DNA of 64,000 nucleotides from Candidatus Multivoradales bacterium (GCA_965248925.1 CBDFLE010000006.1:4192001-4256000); one strand, 5' to 3'. Positions 30,851 to 40,899 are shown, numbered from the stretch's first letter. The notes: generated by a model not told the origin, from the letters alone. A program made the numbers and translations.

Positions 30851-31198
30851 ATGAAGAAAGCAATCCAGAATCAGAAAGCCAAGAACCTCCGCCAGCAAGC
30901 GGGCTTCATCGTCAGCGTCGAGATCATTTTCTTGGTCACGATCTGCGTTATCGGCCTACTGGTCGGTTGGGTTTCGATCCGAGACGCAGTCGTCTTTGAG
31001 CTCCACGATGTTGCCGAGGCTGTCGGTTCGGTGAATCAGTCGTTCTACTACCGCGGAGTCTACGATCTCGATCCGCTCGAGAACACGGAAACCGCTGGCG
31101 GCGCATACTTCGACGACATCGATACCAGTGACCAGATCGGTATAGTGGTCGAGGTGGCACCGCAGAACCCGTCTGAGTTCGGCTTGGCCTTCAACTAG
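30851..31198 (+). CDS. Flp-like pilin with atypical class III signal
   Basis: Basic leader then AG|FIVSVEIIFLVTICVIGLLVG hydrophobic helix; directly upstream of cpaB. Confidence 0.75.
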   Translation: MKKAIQNQKAKNLRQQAGFIVSVEIIFLVTICVIGLLVGWVSIRDAVVFELHDVAEAVGSVNQSFYYRGVYDLDPLENTETAGGAYFDDIDTSDQIGIVVEVAPQNPSEFGLAFN

Positions 31199-31223
31199 CT
31201 ACCTGATACCACCGTTATAACGT

Positions 31224-31265
31224 CGGCCGCCGGAGTCCTCGACCAGCGAAGGGTTCCGGCGGTCG
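31224..31265 (+). terminator. stem-loop after pilin gene (attenuator / mRNA stabiliser)
   Basis: CGGCCGCCGGA ... TCCGGCGGTCG inverted repeat between pilin and cpaB. Confidence 0.55.
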
Positions 31266-31277
31266 TTGGGGAGCAGC

Positions 31278-32084
31278 ATGAATACTGTCGTTCTAACCGA
31301 TCGCCGATCGGCACTCAAAGCGGGAATTGTCGTCGCGGCTCTAGCCATCGTCGCCATCCTCGGCTACCGCCAGCTAGCGCGGATTTCGGCGATACCAGTT
31401 TGGACCACCAGCGCTGCTCTCGACCGCGGAACGACTCTTGGCGCCGCCAACCTAAAGCAAACGCGCCTGTTGAAGAAGGCCGTGCCCGCCGGGGCATTGA
31501 CCGACCGTCGCGCCATCGTAGGCCAGATTCTGCGCGCTGCCAAAGCTTCTGATCAGCCATTCTTCGCGCACGACTTTGCCGTCCCCAGCCGGCCGCCAGT
31601 GACACCACTCGCGGCGCACGTTCCCGCTGGCCGCGTGCTCACCACATTGACGATTGATCCGATGTCGATTCCTTATCCGCAGCTGCGCTTCGCCGATCGC
31701 CTCGAGATCGTCGCAGTCAAGGCCATGGGTACTACCAACGGCCACGGTCGGGTCGTGGCGCGGGACGTCTTCATGATAGGTTCCTTGGCGCCCAACCAAG
31801 GCAAGCAGGCCGAGTCGAAAAAGGGAGCCCTCGGCATGGATATCTCGCCGCCCAAACGTGCAGCCAAAGGAGGTGCGAAAGGCCTCGCGCTCATTCTGGC
31901 TCTGCACCCCCGAGATGTCTTGCCGCTCGCTGAAGCGGAAAGCGAGAACGCCACCCTCAAGCTCGTGCTGCACGGCAAGAACGAAGTGGACCGCGGTGCG
32001 CTTCTCAGCCTCGAATCACCGCCGCCGAAGGTTATCGAGCTGATCGCCGGCGCCGCGCGCGAAGAGGTCACCATCCGACGATGA
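31278..32084 (+). CDS. cpaB: Flp pilus assembly protein CpaB/RcpC (SAF domain)
   Basis: TM anchor, SAF-like VPAGAL, DRLEIV, LALHP..LAEAE; position before secretin. Confidence 0.75.
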   Translation: MNTVVLTDRRSALKAGIVVAALAIVAILGYRQLARISAIPVWTTSAALDRGTTLGAANLKQTRLLKKAVPAGALTDRRAIVGQILRAAKASDQPFFAHDFAVPSRPPVTPLAAHVPAGRVLTTLTIDPMSIPYPQLRFADRLEIVAVKAMGTTNGHGRVVARDVFMIGSLAPNQGKQAESKKGALGMDISPPKRAAKGGAKGLALILALHPRDVLPLAEAESENATLKLVLHGKNEVDRGALLSLESPPPKVIELIAGAAREEVTIRR

Positions 32085-34498
32085 GCAGCAACACCCACCC
32101 CTGTAGCCTACGGACTTACGGCAGGGTCAGAGTCGTTTCACTCGCTAACTTGGTGGCTGCCGTGGCGTTGTTCGCCTTCGCCGCCGTGCCGGCGTTCGCC
32201 CAGGATCCCTTTGACGAACCCACCGCTGGTGCCGAAGCGGAAGCCCCGGCAACCCCCTTGGCGCAGCCGCCACGATCGATCGAGACTCGTGAGCTACTCA
32301 CCGCCAAGGTTGGTGCCGGCCGGCTGCTCACACTGCCCGAGTCGGTCGAACGGGTGGCGCTAGCCGACGAGGCGATCGCTAGGGTTCAGATCATTTCTGA
32401 GCGCGAGGTATTGCTGAGCGGTCTGGCGCCCGGCCAAACCACGCTCTATGTTTGGTTGCACAGCGGCCGGCGCCTCAAGCATCTCTTCCAGATCGGCTGG
32501 GATCTGGAGCTGCTCGAACGGGTTCTGCGTCAACTCGACCCGGACATCAGGGTCGAGCAGAGCATTGACGGTGAGGCCATCGTTCTGGTCGGAGAAGTCA
32601 CCAACGCCGAGGTCGCGCGGCGCGCCCGGCAGCGCGCTGAAAGTTTGCTGCTGTCCGGCGGATCCCGCCAGACGCGAATCATCGATCTCCTTGATCACCC
32701 GGATCCGGACTTCTCCCCCGACGAACGTCTACGGTCGGCATTGCGCCTGGTTGACCCGCGCATTCGCGTCCGGCGCCTACAGGTCGGACCCGAGCCGGAC
32801 CCTGCCCTCGACACCTATATTTTGGAAGGCCAGGTACGCGACGTTTCTATGCTGGTTCAGGCGCTGACTTTGGCCGAGCGCCAGCTGGGTGGCACCGGAG
32901 TAGGCGTGGTACCAGTAGAAGGCCGCCAAGATTTCACCGGTGGTCATGGCCGCGGCCCGCACCGGGGGTTTCAGGGTCCGTCCGGCGTCAGTAACCCAGA
33001 TCGTCTGGGCGGCCTGGGCCTCAGCGGAGCCGGCGGGCGGCGAGCCCCTGCCGGCCTCGCCGCCGAAGTTTCTCGTGGCCTGGTCATGATGACCCAATCC
33101 GGCCGGGTGGTGTCATTTCTCGAGGTCGACAGCTTGCCACAGATCCTGGTCTCGATCCGGATCTTGGAGATCGACCGCGGCAAGGCCAAGCGCATCGGCG
33201 TCAACTTTCGGATCGACACCAAGGACTATTCGATCGGTAGCTTCACCGGTCCCCAGACCGGCGACTTGCCCGAGCTGCGCGGTCAGCCGCCGACCATCAC
33301 CGACATCACTGGTGGCAACTTGGCCTTCGCCTTCATCGACAATCTGACCTCCATCAGCGCGGCCATCGACTTTTTGGAAGATCGGCAGCTAGCCCGGTCG
33401 GTGGCCGAGCCCAATGTGCTCACACTCACGGGTGAGCAAGCGAGTGTGGTGATCGGCGGCGAGATTCCGGTTCCGACCACCGCCGTCAGTGATGTCGCCG
33501 CTGTCCAGGGCTTCTTCTTCGAGGAGTTCGGTATTCGACTCGACATCCGGCCGACGGTCGATTCTGCCGGGGTCATCACCCTCGAAGTCTCTTCCAGCAT
33601 CCGCCGCCCAACGATTGCGCTCGGCATCAGCGGGGTCCCCGGCTTCACCCTGCAAAGTGTGCAGACTTCCGCCCGCGTTTACTCTGGTCAGAGCCTGGTC
33701 ATTGGCGGCCTGTTGGATTTTCAAGAGACGCTCGAAGAACGGCGTCTACCGCTGTTGGGCAAGATCCCTCTCTTTCGCTGGCGGCGCAAGAGCCGCGGTG
33801 ACACTGAGCTGCTGTTCTTGATCAGCCCGAGATTGGTGGAGATCGAAGCGGCAGAGGGAGTCGTGCCGATGCCGCCGGTGGACTCCGCACGCATCCAGCT
33901 GCCGGAGCTGCAATGGCCCGGAGACCGAGATGATTGGCGCAACGACTTCGATCCGCTAGCCCTCACTCTCGAGGGCTTGCCACCGTCGTTTCTCCGCGAG
34001 CCCTCGGATGCAGATGAGATGGACCCGGATGCAGATGAGATTCACTCGTTCGACCTTGCTACGACAAGCGGTAGCACGCAGATCGAAGTCGTAGTAGATC
34101 CAGCCGAGATCGACCAAATCCCGGTCGGCGAGGCCGGGGTCGGCGAGACAGTAGTCGGCGAAGAAGATGACGACCAGGGCGCGACCGACAGACCGCCCGT
34201 CGGGTCGGCTACAGCTCAGCCAGAGAGCTATCCCGACCGCTTCACGGAACAGCTCTGGGTAGTGTTAGAAGCAGCCCAGCCTTGCCTCCGGCTGCGGCCC
34301 GAGCCGGTGTTTGAGACTATGACGGTCGACTGCTTGGCCCCAGGCAGCCTGGTCCTAGTAGCGGAAGAGCAGGCTGGGTGGATGCGCGTCGAGCTTGCCG
34401 ATGGCCTCAGAGGATGGGTAGCAGGCGTCTTTCTGGCGCCGACCGGCACCCCGTCGGACGGCCTGGATCCAGACGCAGGCCCAAGGATCCCGAAATGA
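32081..34498 (+). CDS. cpaC: Tad secretin CpaC/RcpA with C-terminal SH3-like domain
   Basis: RVALADE..GLAPGQTTL N-domain; AEPNVLTLTG..GGEIPVP, FGIRLDIRP, GQSLVIGGL, LPLLGKIPLF, TELLFLISP; tail LRLRPEP..GWMRV..GLRGWV. Confidence 0.88.
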   Translation: MSSNTHPCSLRTYGRVRVVSLANLVAAVALFAFAAVPAFAQDPFDEPTAGAEAEAPATPLAQPPRSIETRELLTAKVGAGRLLTLPESVERVALADEAIARVQIISEREVLLSGLAPGQTTLYVWLHSGRRLKHLFQIGWDLELLERVLRQLDPDIRVEQSIDGEAIVLVGEVTNAEVARRARQRAESLLLSGGSRQTRIIDLLDHPDPDFSPDERLRSALRLVDPRIRVRRLQVGPEPDPALDTYILEGQVRDVSMLVQALTLAERQLGGTGVGVVPVEGRQDFTGGHGRGPHRGFQGPSGVSNPDRLGGLGLSGAGGRRAPAGLAAEVSRGLVMMTQSGRVVSFLEVDSLPQILVSIRILEIDRGKAKRIGVNFRIDTKDYSIGSFTGPQTGDLPELRGQPPTITDITGGNLAFAFIDNLTSISAAIDFLEDRQLARSVAEPNVLTLTGEQASVVIGGEIPVPTTAVSDVAAVQGFFFEEFGIRLDIRPTVDSAGVITLEVSSSIRRPTIALGISGVPGFTLQSVQTSARVYSGQSLVIGGLLDFQETLEERRLPLLGKIPLFRWRRKSRGDTELLFLISPRLVEIEAAEGVVPMPPVDSARIQLPELQWPGDRDDWRNDFDPLALTLEGLPPSFLREPSDADEMDPDADEIHSFDLATTSGSTQIEVVVDPAEIDQIPVGEAGVGETVVGEEDDDQGATDRPPVGSATAQPESYPDRFTEQLWVVLEAAQPCLRLRPEPVFETMTVDCLAPGSLVLVAEEQAGWMRVELADGLRGWVAGVFLAPTGTPSDGLDPDAGPRIPK

Positions 34499-35892
34499 AC
34501 GCTGCCGTCGATCAACTGTCCGAAGCATCGGGCGGACCGGCTTCTCTGCGTCAGCAGATTCAGCGCGGCTGGGCCTTGCGGCATGGCGCACTCGCCGATC
34601 GGGTGCCGGTTTTGCCGACCCAAGAACCCACTTCTGATCCTGGCTCGAGCCCACGCCGCCAGTTTCGTCAACAGCTCTTCGAGCAAGTTCTGCGAGATGC
34701 CGAACGCCGTGATTCGAGCCGCGGGCAAGCGCCCCTTGCAACCCGCCAACGGGTGCGCCGGGCTCTCGATCGGGTGATGGCCGCCAACACCTCGCTAGCG
34801 CTCAGCGACCACGACCTGGCGACTCTAGAGACCCAGCTGATCGCCGAGATCGACGGCCTTGGACCGCTCGATCGGTTGCTGGCCAATCCAACCGTTTCGG
34901 ACGTCTTGGTCAATGGTCCCTACGAAGTCTGGGTCGAACGTTTCGGCCGACTCGAACGGACCAAGGTCCAATTCGATAGCGAGGCGCACCTCCTTCGCCT
35001 GCTCGGCCGGGTGATTGCGGCCCAGGGCCGCCGCCTTGACGAGGCATCACCCTTCGTAGACGTCCGACTCAGCGACGGCAGCCGGCTGAATGCGGTGATC
35101 GCCCCGCTGTGCAACCGTGGCGCCGTGGTCTCGATCCGGCGAACGCGCGCGGTTCCTTATCGTTTGGAACAACTCTATGCTTACTGCACGCTCGATCCGG
35201 CGATGGGTGAGCTGCTCGGCGCGGCGGTTCGCGATGGCCGCAACATCGTCATCGCCGGCAGCACCGGTTCGGGCAAGACAACCCTTCTCAATGTCTTTTC
35301 CCGCTTCATTCCGGCCGCAGAGCGGGTCGTCACAATCGAGGAAACCGCCGAGCTGCGACTCGATCACCCGCATGTGATCTCCCTTGAAGCACGGCCGCCG
35401 AATATCGAAGGCCGCGGTGAGGTGACTCTCCGTGACTTGGTCCGCAACGCCCTACGCATGCGTGCCAATCGCCTGATCGTCGGCGAGGTCCGAGGGCCCG
35501 AGGTCTTCGACATGCTGCAAGCGATGAATACCGGGCATTGCGGCAGCTTGACCACCGTCCACGCCAACAGCCCTGAGGACACCCTGCGGCGACTCGAGAA
35601 TCTCGTTCATCTCAGCGGCTTCGAGCTGCCCAGCCGGGTGATTCGCGAACTCCTCGGCGCGGCGTTTGATCTGATCGTCTACGCTAAGCGCTTCGCCGAT
35701 GGCAGTCGTCGGGTGACGCGAATCGAGGAAGTACAGTTCGATAGTGAATCCGGTCTCACCACCCGGACGCTCTTTCGCTATCAGCCCGGAAGCGGTCGCT
35801 TTGTCGCCGAAGGCACCGCAGCGGAGGCAACAGCGGCGCGCACGACGGTGGCCCGAGTGGCCTCACCTACCCTGCCAGGAGAGCACCGATGA
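34495..35892 (+). CDS. cpaF: Tad pilus ATPase CpaF/TadA
   Basis: GLGPL, GSTGSGKTT, IEETAEL, GEVRGPE, AMNTGH, TTVHAN. Confidence 0.95.
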   Translation: MNAAVDQLSEASGGPASLRQQIQRGWALRHGALADRVPVLPTQEPTSDPGSSPRRQFRQQLFEQVLRDAERRDSSRGQAPLATRQRVRRALDRVMAANTSLALSDHDLATLETQLIAEIDGLGPLDRLLANPTVSDVLVNGPYEVWVERFGRLERTKVQFDSEAHLLRLLGRVIAAQGRRLDEASPFVDVRLSDGSRLNAVIAPLCNRGAVVSIRRTRAVPYRLEQLYAYCTLDPAMGELLGAAVRDGRNIVIAGSTGSGKTTLLNVFSRFIPAAERVVTIEETAELRLDHPHVISLEARPPNIEGRGEVTLRDLVRNALRMRANRLIVGEVRGPEVFDMLQAMNTGHCGSLTTVHANSPEDTLRRLENLVHLSGFELPSRVIRELLGAAFDLIVYAKRFADGSRRVTRIEEVQFDSESGLTTRTLFRYQPGSGRFVAEGTAAEATAARTTVARVASPTLPGEHR

Positions 35893-36791
35893 GCGACTTG
35901 CTACTGCTCGTCGCCGCCCTGTTGATCGCCGCCATCCTCGGTGGCGACCTGATCCGTGGCCGGCTCCACAATCGCCGCCTGCAGCATCATCTACAGCGTC
36001 TCAGCAGCGCCGGCCCGGCAACGGGCGTAGGGAGTCGGGACACGCCTAGTGCGCTCGCCAGCAGACTTCGCGCCGCCGGCCTCCGGGTCGGCCCGCGCAG
36101 CTTCGTCGTCGGCAGCGTGTTGGTTGCAGCTGTCGTTGGCTTGTCGCTCCTGAGGCGCTTTCCGGGCACCCCCTGGGTGGCGCTGATCAGCGCCGGCTTC
36201 ATGCTCTACGCTCCTAGCGCCATGGCCCGCGCCTGGGGAGGCTTTCGCGCCCGACGCTTCGAGACCAAGCTGGTCGACGCGCTCGACTTCTTGGTCGGCA
36301 TGCTCGATGGCGGCCAGAACGCGACCCAAGCTCTGGCCAGCACCGCCGAAGCAGCTGAAGAACCCGTCAAGACCGCTTTTCGCGACGCTTCCCGGCGGAT
36401 TGCCTTGGGCATGTCGATTGAACGCGCCGTCACCCCCATGGACGAAAGCTACGCTGGCGAAGGAACGCGCATCTTCACCCAGGCACTGATCGCCAAAGTA
36501 CAAGCTGGCGGCCCGCTGGCGCCGGTGCTGCGCTCAGTCAATCGGATCATCCGCGCCCGGCTCAAGCTACGCATGCAGCTGCGCGGCCAGCTGTCTGGCG
36601 CGCAATTCGCCGCGGCTTTCATCGCGATTGTGCCGTACGCCCTGATCCCGATCTATGCATGGCGCAAGCCGGATTGGATCGATCGCCTGATAACCCACCC
36701 TTCGGGTCCGCAGATGCTCTTCTTCGCTGTCGTGCTGCAGCTGTTCGGCTTCCTTTGGATCCGCCGCATCCTACGCTCGGAGGTCGGATGA
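35889..36791 (+). CDS. tadB: Tad platform protein TadB
   Basis: T2SS-F-like domain, GGPLA.VL; follows cpaF. Confidence 0.85.
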   Translation: MSDLLLLVAALLIAAILGGDLIRGRLHNRRLQHHLQRLSSAGPATGVGSRDTPSALASRLRAAGLRVGPRSFVVGSVLVAAVVGLSLLRRFPGTPWVALISAGFMLYAPSAMARAWGGFRARRFETKLVDALDFLVGMLDGGQNATQALASTAEAAEEPVKTAFRDASRRIALGMSIERAVTPMDESYAGEGTRIFTQALIAKVQAGGPLAPVLRSVNRIIRARLKLRMQLRGQLSGAQFAAAFIAIVPYALIPIYAWRKPDWIDRLITHPSGPQMLFFAVVLQLFGFLWIRRILRSEVG

Positions 36792-37636
36792 CGACCCACA
36801 ACCTCTGGCTCGACGCCACTTTGCTGCTGCTGCTGCTAGCCGTCGCCCTGCTTTCCCTGCGCCGTCTGCCGACTCGCGCGCCGCAATTCGGCAGTGGGAA
36901 GGCGGGTCAGATCGAAACGGCGGCGGCCAAAGGCCGCGCCTACTATCGAAAGTTAAGCCGTCAAGCTGGTGTCGATCCTGACCAGCTACGCTGGGTCTAT
37001 TGGGCCGCCAAGCTCGCCCTGATGGCGCTGCTGCCGTTGCTGTTGCTCGAATTGGCTGCCAGCCGGTCGCTCCCTGCCTTGGCGCTGATCGGTATCGCGG
37101 TCACCGGCTTCGTCGTGCCGGACCTCTGGCTGCTCGTCAACCGCCGAAAACGGCGCCAGCGAGTTCGCGCCACACTGTCCTACTTTCTCGATCTTCTGGT
37201 CGCCCTGGTGCACTCCGGTGCGACGATTGAAAACGCTTTCGAGCGCGCCGGGCGTGGAATCCGCAAGGGCCGGGCCCATCCTTTGGCCGACGAGGTGGCA
37301 CTGATCACCGAAGAGCTTGACTTGGGCAAGGATCGCGCAGCCGCCTTCCACGCCTTGGCCGAGCGCACCGGAGTGGTCGAACTCAAAGCCCTATCCTCGG
37401 CCCTGACCATCGGGTTGCGACTGGGGTCCTCGGTGGAGTCGATCTTGACCAGCCAAGCAGACATCCTTCGCGCCCGCCAACACGAGGAAGCGCTGAAGCG
37501 AATAAACCGCGCTGGCGTCCAGGCCATCGTTCCGACGATGCTCTGCGGCTTCCCGATTCTCTTGCTGCTGATTCTATTCCCGGCGGTGCTGGAGATCCTC
37601 GAGGCTTTTCAGCTGCTCAAGAGCGCTCAGCCCTAG
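36788..37636 (+). CDS. tadC: Tad platform protein TadC
   Basis: LDLLVA..SG..IE.A, ELDLGK.R..A...LAER, G.S...L..QA. Confidence 0.88.
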   Translation: MTTHNLWLDATLLLLLLAVALLSLRRLPTRAPQFGSGKAGQIETAAAKGRAYYRKLSRQAGVDPDQLRWVYWAAKLALMALLPLLLLELAASRSLPALALIGIAVTGFVVPDLWLLVNRRKRRQRVRATLSYFLDLLVALVHSGATIENAFERAGRGIRKGRAHPLADEVALITEELDLGKDRAAAFHALAERTGVVELKALSSALTIGLRLGSSVESILTSQADILRARQHEEALKRINRAGVQAIVPTMLCGFPILLLLILFPAVLEILEAFQLLKSAQP

Positions 37637-37639
37637 GAG

Positions 37640-38803
37640 CTAGCTGGCAGTTCCGGAGGCCGTGACTTCTTCGACCATTTTGCCAATCGCCTTCGCGAAG
37701 GCGGTTTTGGGGTGACTGAGGACCATCGGCACGCCGGTATTCGCGGCCACGATTACCGCCGGCTCGTAGCCGACCAAATGATCCACCTTGTGTCCGATTT
37801 GCTCGGCCACCGTGGCCGCCGGCAGATTACCTTCGAAAGCCGCGTGCCGATTGAGCACCAGCCGCAGCCGATCCTGGCGAAAGCCAAGCTTGTCGAGGAG
37901 CGTCAGCAGGCGGGCCGTGCCGATCGTGGTCGGCGCAACGGCTTCTGTCACCACATAGGTCACGTCAGAGAGGTCGAGCACCGCCAGGGTCAGCGCGTCG
38001 AGAGGAGACGCGGTATCGACCACCACCAACGAGAAGCGGCGACGTAGCTCGATCAAGACACGGCTCAGATCTTCTGGCGTCACGCCTTCGGCCGCCACCG
38101 GATCGCGCGGGCTCGCCAACACCCGCAACCCGGAGGTCGGGTGCTCGGTGAGGTAGGTGGGCAAGGCGACGATCGTCCCGAGATCCCGCACCACCCCGAG
38201 AAGGTCGCGACCCGGCGCCAGCCCGAGCAGGGCCGATGCATCGCCCCATTGAATCGCGGCGTCGAGGAGCGCCACGTCGCCAACACCACCTGAGGCCGCG
38301 GCCGCCGCCAGCCCGAAGTTGACCGCCAAAGTCGTAGTACCCACGCCGCCCTTGTGGCTGAAGAAAGTAATCACCCGGCCTTCTTCTAAGCGCTCCCCAG
38401 GCACCTCGGCTGGCTGAGCCGCGCGCAGCACTGACTCCAACTCGGTGTCCGAGACCGGCAGCGCCACAAAATCGCCAATCCCCGCCCGCACCGCTTCGCG
38501 GAGGAAATCCAACTCACTACCCTGCGCCACCAATGGGTTGAACAGGCCGATGATCAAACGGTCAGGCTGCCGCCCCTCGCGCGCCACATCGAGCGCCAGC
38601 TCTCGATGGTCCGTAAGGTCGAGAAAAACGATCCGCGGATCGAGCGCCCGCACCGCCTCGGCCCCCTCAGCCAATGAACTCGCCTCATAGGTCGCCAACG
38701 GACCATCGGCCAGCCGCCGCAGCGCTTGCTCGAGCGCCCGCCGCGTCTCCACGTCTGGATGGACGACCAACACACGGCTCAAACCTGATCGTGTATCTCG
38801 CAC
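37640..38803 (-). CDS. cpaE: CpaE/TadZ (receiver-like + MinD/ParA ATPase)
   Basis: KGGVGTTTLAVN, VVVDT, AANTGVP; GTG start with GAGGAG RBS. Confidence 0.85.
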   Translation of the reverse strand: MRDTRSGLSRVLVVHPDVETRRALEQALRRLADGPLATYEASSLAEGAEAVRALDPRIVFLDLTDHRELALDVAREGRQPDRLIIGLFNPLVAQGSELDFLREAVRAGIGDFVALPVSDTELESVLRAAQPAEVPGERLEEGRVITFFSHKGGVGTTTLAVNFGLAAAAASGGVGDVALLDAAIQWGDASALLGLAPGRDLLGVVRDLGTIVALPTYLTEHPTSGLRVLASPRDPVAAEGVTPEDLSRVLIELRRRFSLVVVDTASPLDALTLAVLDLSDVTYVVTEAVAPTTIGTARLLTLLDKLGFRQDRLRLVLNRHAAFEGNLPAATVAEQIGHKVDHLVGYEPAVIVAANTGVPMVLSHPKTAFAKAIGKMVEEVTASGTAS

Positions 38804-38855
38804 TGCGACGGCTCCTCTGGTACGAAAATCCAGTCGATATCGTACCAGGAACCAG

Positions 38856-39060
38856 GCCCGCACACTCCGTGAGATCGCGCCGCGAATCTTTGTTGAGACT
38901 GGCCGAAGAGCAGCCAGCAGTGAGCCGTAAAGCATAGAATCCGGAAGACCAACCACGGAGAACAGCCATGACATCCAGCCCCAGTCCTGAGAAGACTCGG
39001 CGCAGCGCTCTGACCACGGTGATGATCGGTTGCGGCATCGGCTGTGGCGCGCTCGCTGTG
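38856..39060 (+). repeat. diverged direct repeat A, copy 2
   Basis: Aligns to 15745-15950. Confidence 0.85.
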
Positions 39061-39246
39061 ATCTTAATGGTGGGCGCCGTGGCGGGCGGCTTTTGGGCCT
39101 TCAGACCGGGACCACAAACCGGGACCACAAGTAGCCGCCGCCAGTATCGTCAGCAACGAGAGCGTGGGCTCGATTCATGTCACGGATCTGACCAAAGATG
39201 CTGGGGTGCGCTCGCTGCTGACCCAGGTACTGATGCGCTTGGATGA
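38968..39246 (+). pseudogene. probable truncated membrane-protein gene (GCGIGCG + TM)
   Basis: RBS GGAGA; plausible TM N-terminus, then sequence loses coding character. Confidence 0.45.
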
Positions 39247-39298
39247 GTTCAATCGTCGGCAACAGGCTGAGGCGTTGCCAGAGAACCACCACAGGCTG

Positions 39299-40729
39299 CT
39301 AAGGGTCGCTCTTGGGCACAGTCTGCCGTCCAATCCACTCTGAGATCCGCAGCATGACGTCCTCGGCGAAGGTCTCTTCGATCTTGGTGTATTCGCTGAT
39401 CGCGCCGCTCTCAGCGTGCTGGAAGAGGTGGTTGAGGCCGGCCAGCTGATGGGTCTCGAAGTGCTGGTTGCCGCCTGCTTCGAGGGCCAGCCGGATGGCT
39501 CCCAGGTTGGCTCTGGCTGGGACCTGGAGGTCTTTCTCTCCATTGAGAGCCAGCACCGGTACCCGCAACTCGCTCAGCGCAGGGCGGGGATCGTAGCTCA
39601 GGAAGAAGCGGAACCAAGCACCACTGAGCAGCTTCTGCTGAGCTTTGATCTGGGCCTCCAGCTGGTCGCCAGCGAGTCCTGGGGACTGCACGGCAAACAT
39701 CTTGCGCAAGGTGAGTGCGAGACTTGCCGAGTCACCGCTGAGCGCTTCGGCGAAGGCTCGCCGCTGTAGTGCACTGTTGCGTTGTCGCGCCTCGCTTGGC
39801 ATGCCGGCTTGCTCGAGCAGCAGGTTACCCTGGGCGACCAGGATCTCCACTCCGTTGATTCCTGGAGCTGCCAGCAGGACGAGGAAGTCCACCTCCTCGT
39901 GGTCTACCGCCACCATCGGCGCGATGATCCCGCCCTCGCTATGACCCACCAGGCCGATCGCGGCGATGTCGGCACGGGTGGCCAGGAATGCCACCGCGGC
40001 GGCGGTGTCGGTGGCGAAGTCGCGGCTGGTGGCACCGGCGAAACTGCCGCTGGACTCGCCAACCCCGCGGTCGTCATGGCGCAGCACGGCGATACCGTGA
40101 CGGCTCAAGTGATCGGCCAGCACTAGAAAGGGCTTGTGCCCCATCAACGACTCGTCGCGATCCTGTGGCCCAGAGCCGGTGATCAACACCACGGCGGTGA
40201 ACGGCCCCTCGCCAGCGGGTAGGGTCAGGGTGCCGGCCAGGGTCACCTCAGCGGCGGTGTTGTCGATTTTCACTTCTTGTTGGCGGTAGGGAAAGGGCGC
40301 TTTGGGATGCTGCGGCCTGGTGGGTCCGGCCAGCGGTCCGTCGAGACGCTCGAGGGCCAGGGGTAAGGACAGTCCACCCTGCTTCCAAGTACCGAGGATA
40401 TTGCCAGCGGCTCGCAGATCGCCTTCGTAAGTGCCGCCGACGGCGGCAATCTTGAGCAGCAGGTGGCGATCGGCGAAAGTCACTGCGTTGATCGGGATGC
40501 CCATCGCTCCCTGGTCGACGCTGTCGAGGGTTGCTGGCAGCCCATCGTCGCTGTCGCTGAAATGGAAGACCACACGCAGCTCGGTGCCCGAGACTTGCAG
40601 CGTTCCCGACCAATCGCCGGCCAGCGAGTCTGGAGTGGGCGGATTTTCGCCGCGCGCTAGCCCCGGTAGGAATGAGAGCGAGGCAAGGGTGACGACGATC
40701 AGAAGCAGTGGCGGTGGTTTGCTGGACAT
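39299..40729 (-). CDS. secreted alpha/beta hydrolase (S9/S15-like peptidase/esterase)
   Basis: GSGPQDRDE, DDRGVG, GHSEGG nucleophile, GEKDLQV, NHLFQ. Confidence 0.92.
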   Translation of the reverse strand: MSSKPPPLLLIVVTLASLSFLPGLARGENPPTPDSLAGDWSGTLQVSGTELRVVFHFSDSDDGLPATLDSVDQGAMGIPINAVTFADRHLLLKIAAVGGTYEGDLRAAGNILGTWKQGGLSLPLALERLDGPLAGPTRPQHPKAPFPYRQQEVKIDNTAAEVTLAGTLTLPAGEGPFTAVVLITGSGPQDRDESLMGHKPFLVLADHLSRHGIAVLRHDDRGVGESSGSFAGATSRDFATDTAAAVAFLATRADIAAIGLVGHSEGGIIAPMVAVDHEEVDFLVLLAAPGINGVEILVAQGNLLLEQAGMPSEARQRNSALQRRAFAEALSGDSASLALTLRKMFAVQSPGLAGDQLEAQIKAQQKLLSGAWFRFFLSYDPRPALSELRVPVLALNGEKDLQVPARANLGAIRLALEAGGNQHFETHQLAGLNHLFQHAESGAISEYTKIEETFAEDVMLRISEWIGRQTVPKSDP

Positions 40730-40899
40730 GAATCCTCCTCGGGTGCGATGTCAATGGGGTTTGCCGGCGACTTTCGACAATACGCGGTGGGGTAGCGGAT
40801 ATTCGTCGCTTCCTGAGCCAGGATTCGGCACTGGTTTCGATGCTACTATCGACTGGCTTCCCGCTCACCAGACCAAGAACCTGTTAGGAGATTCATAAG

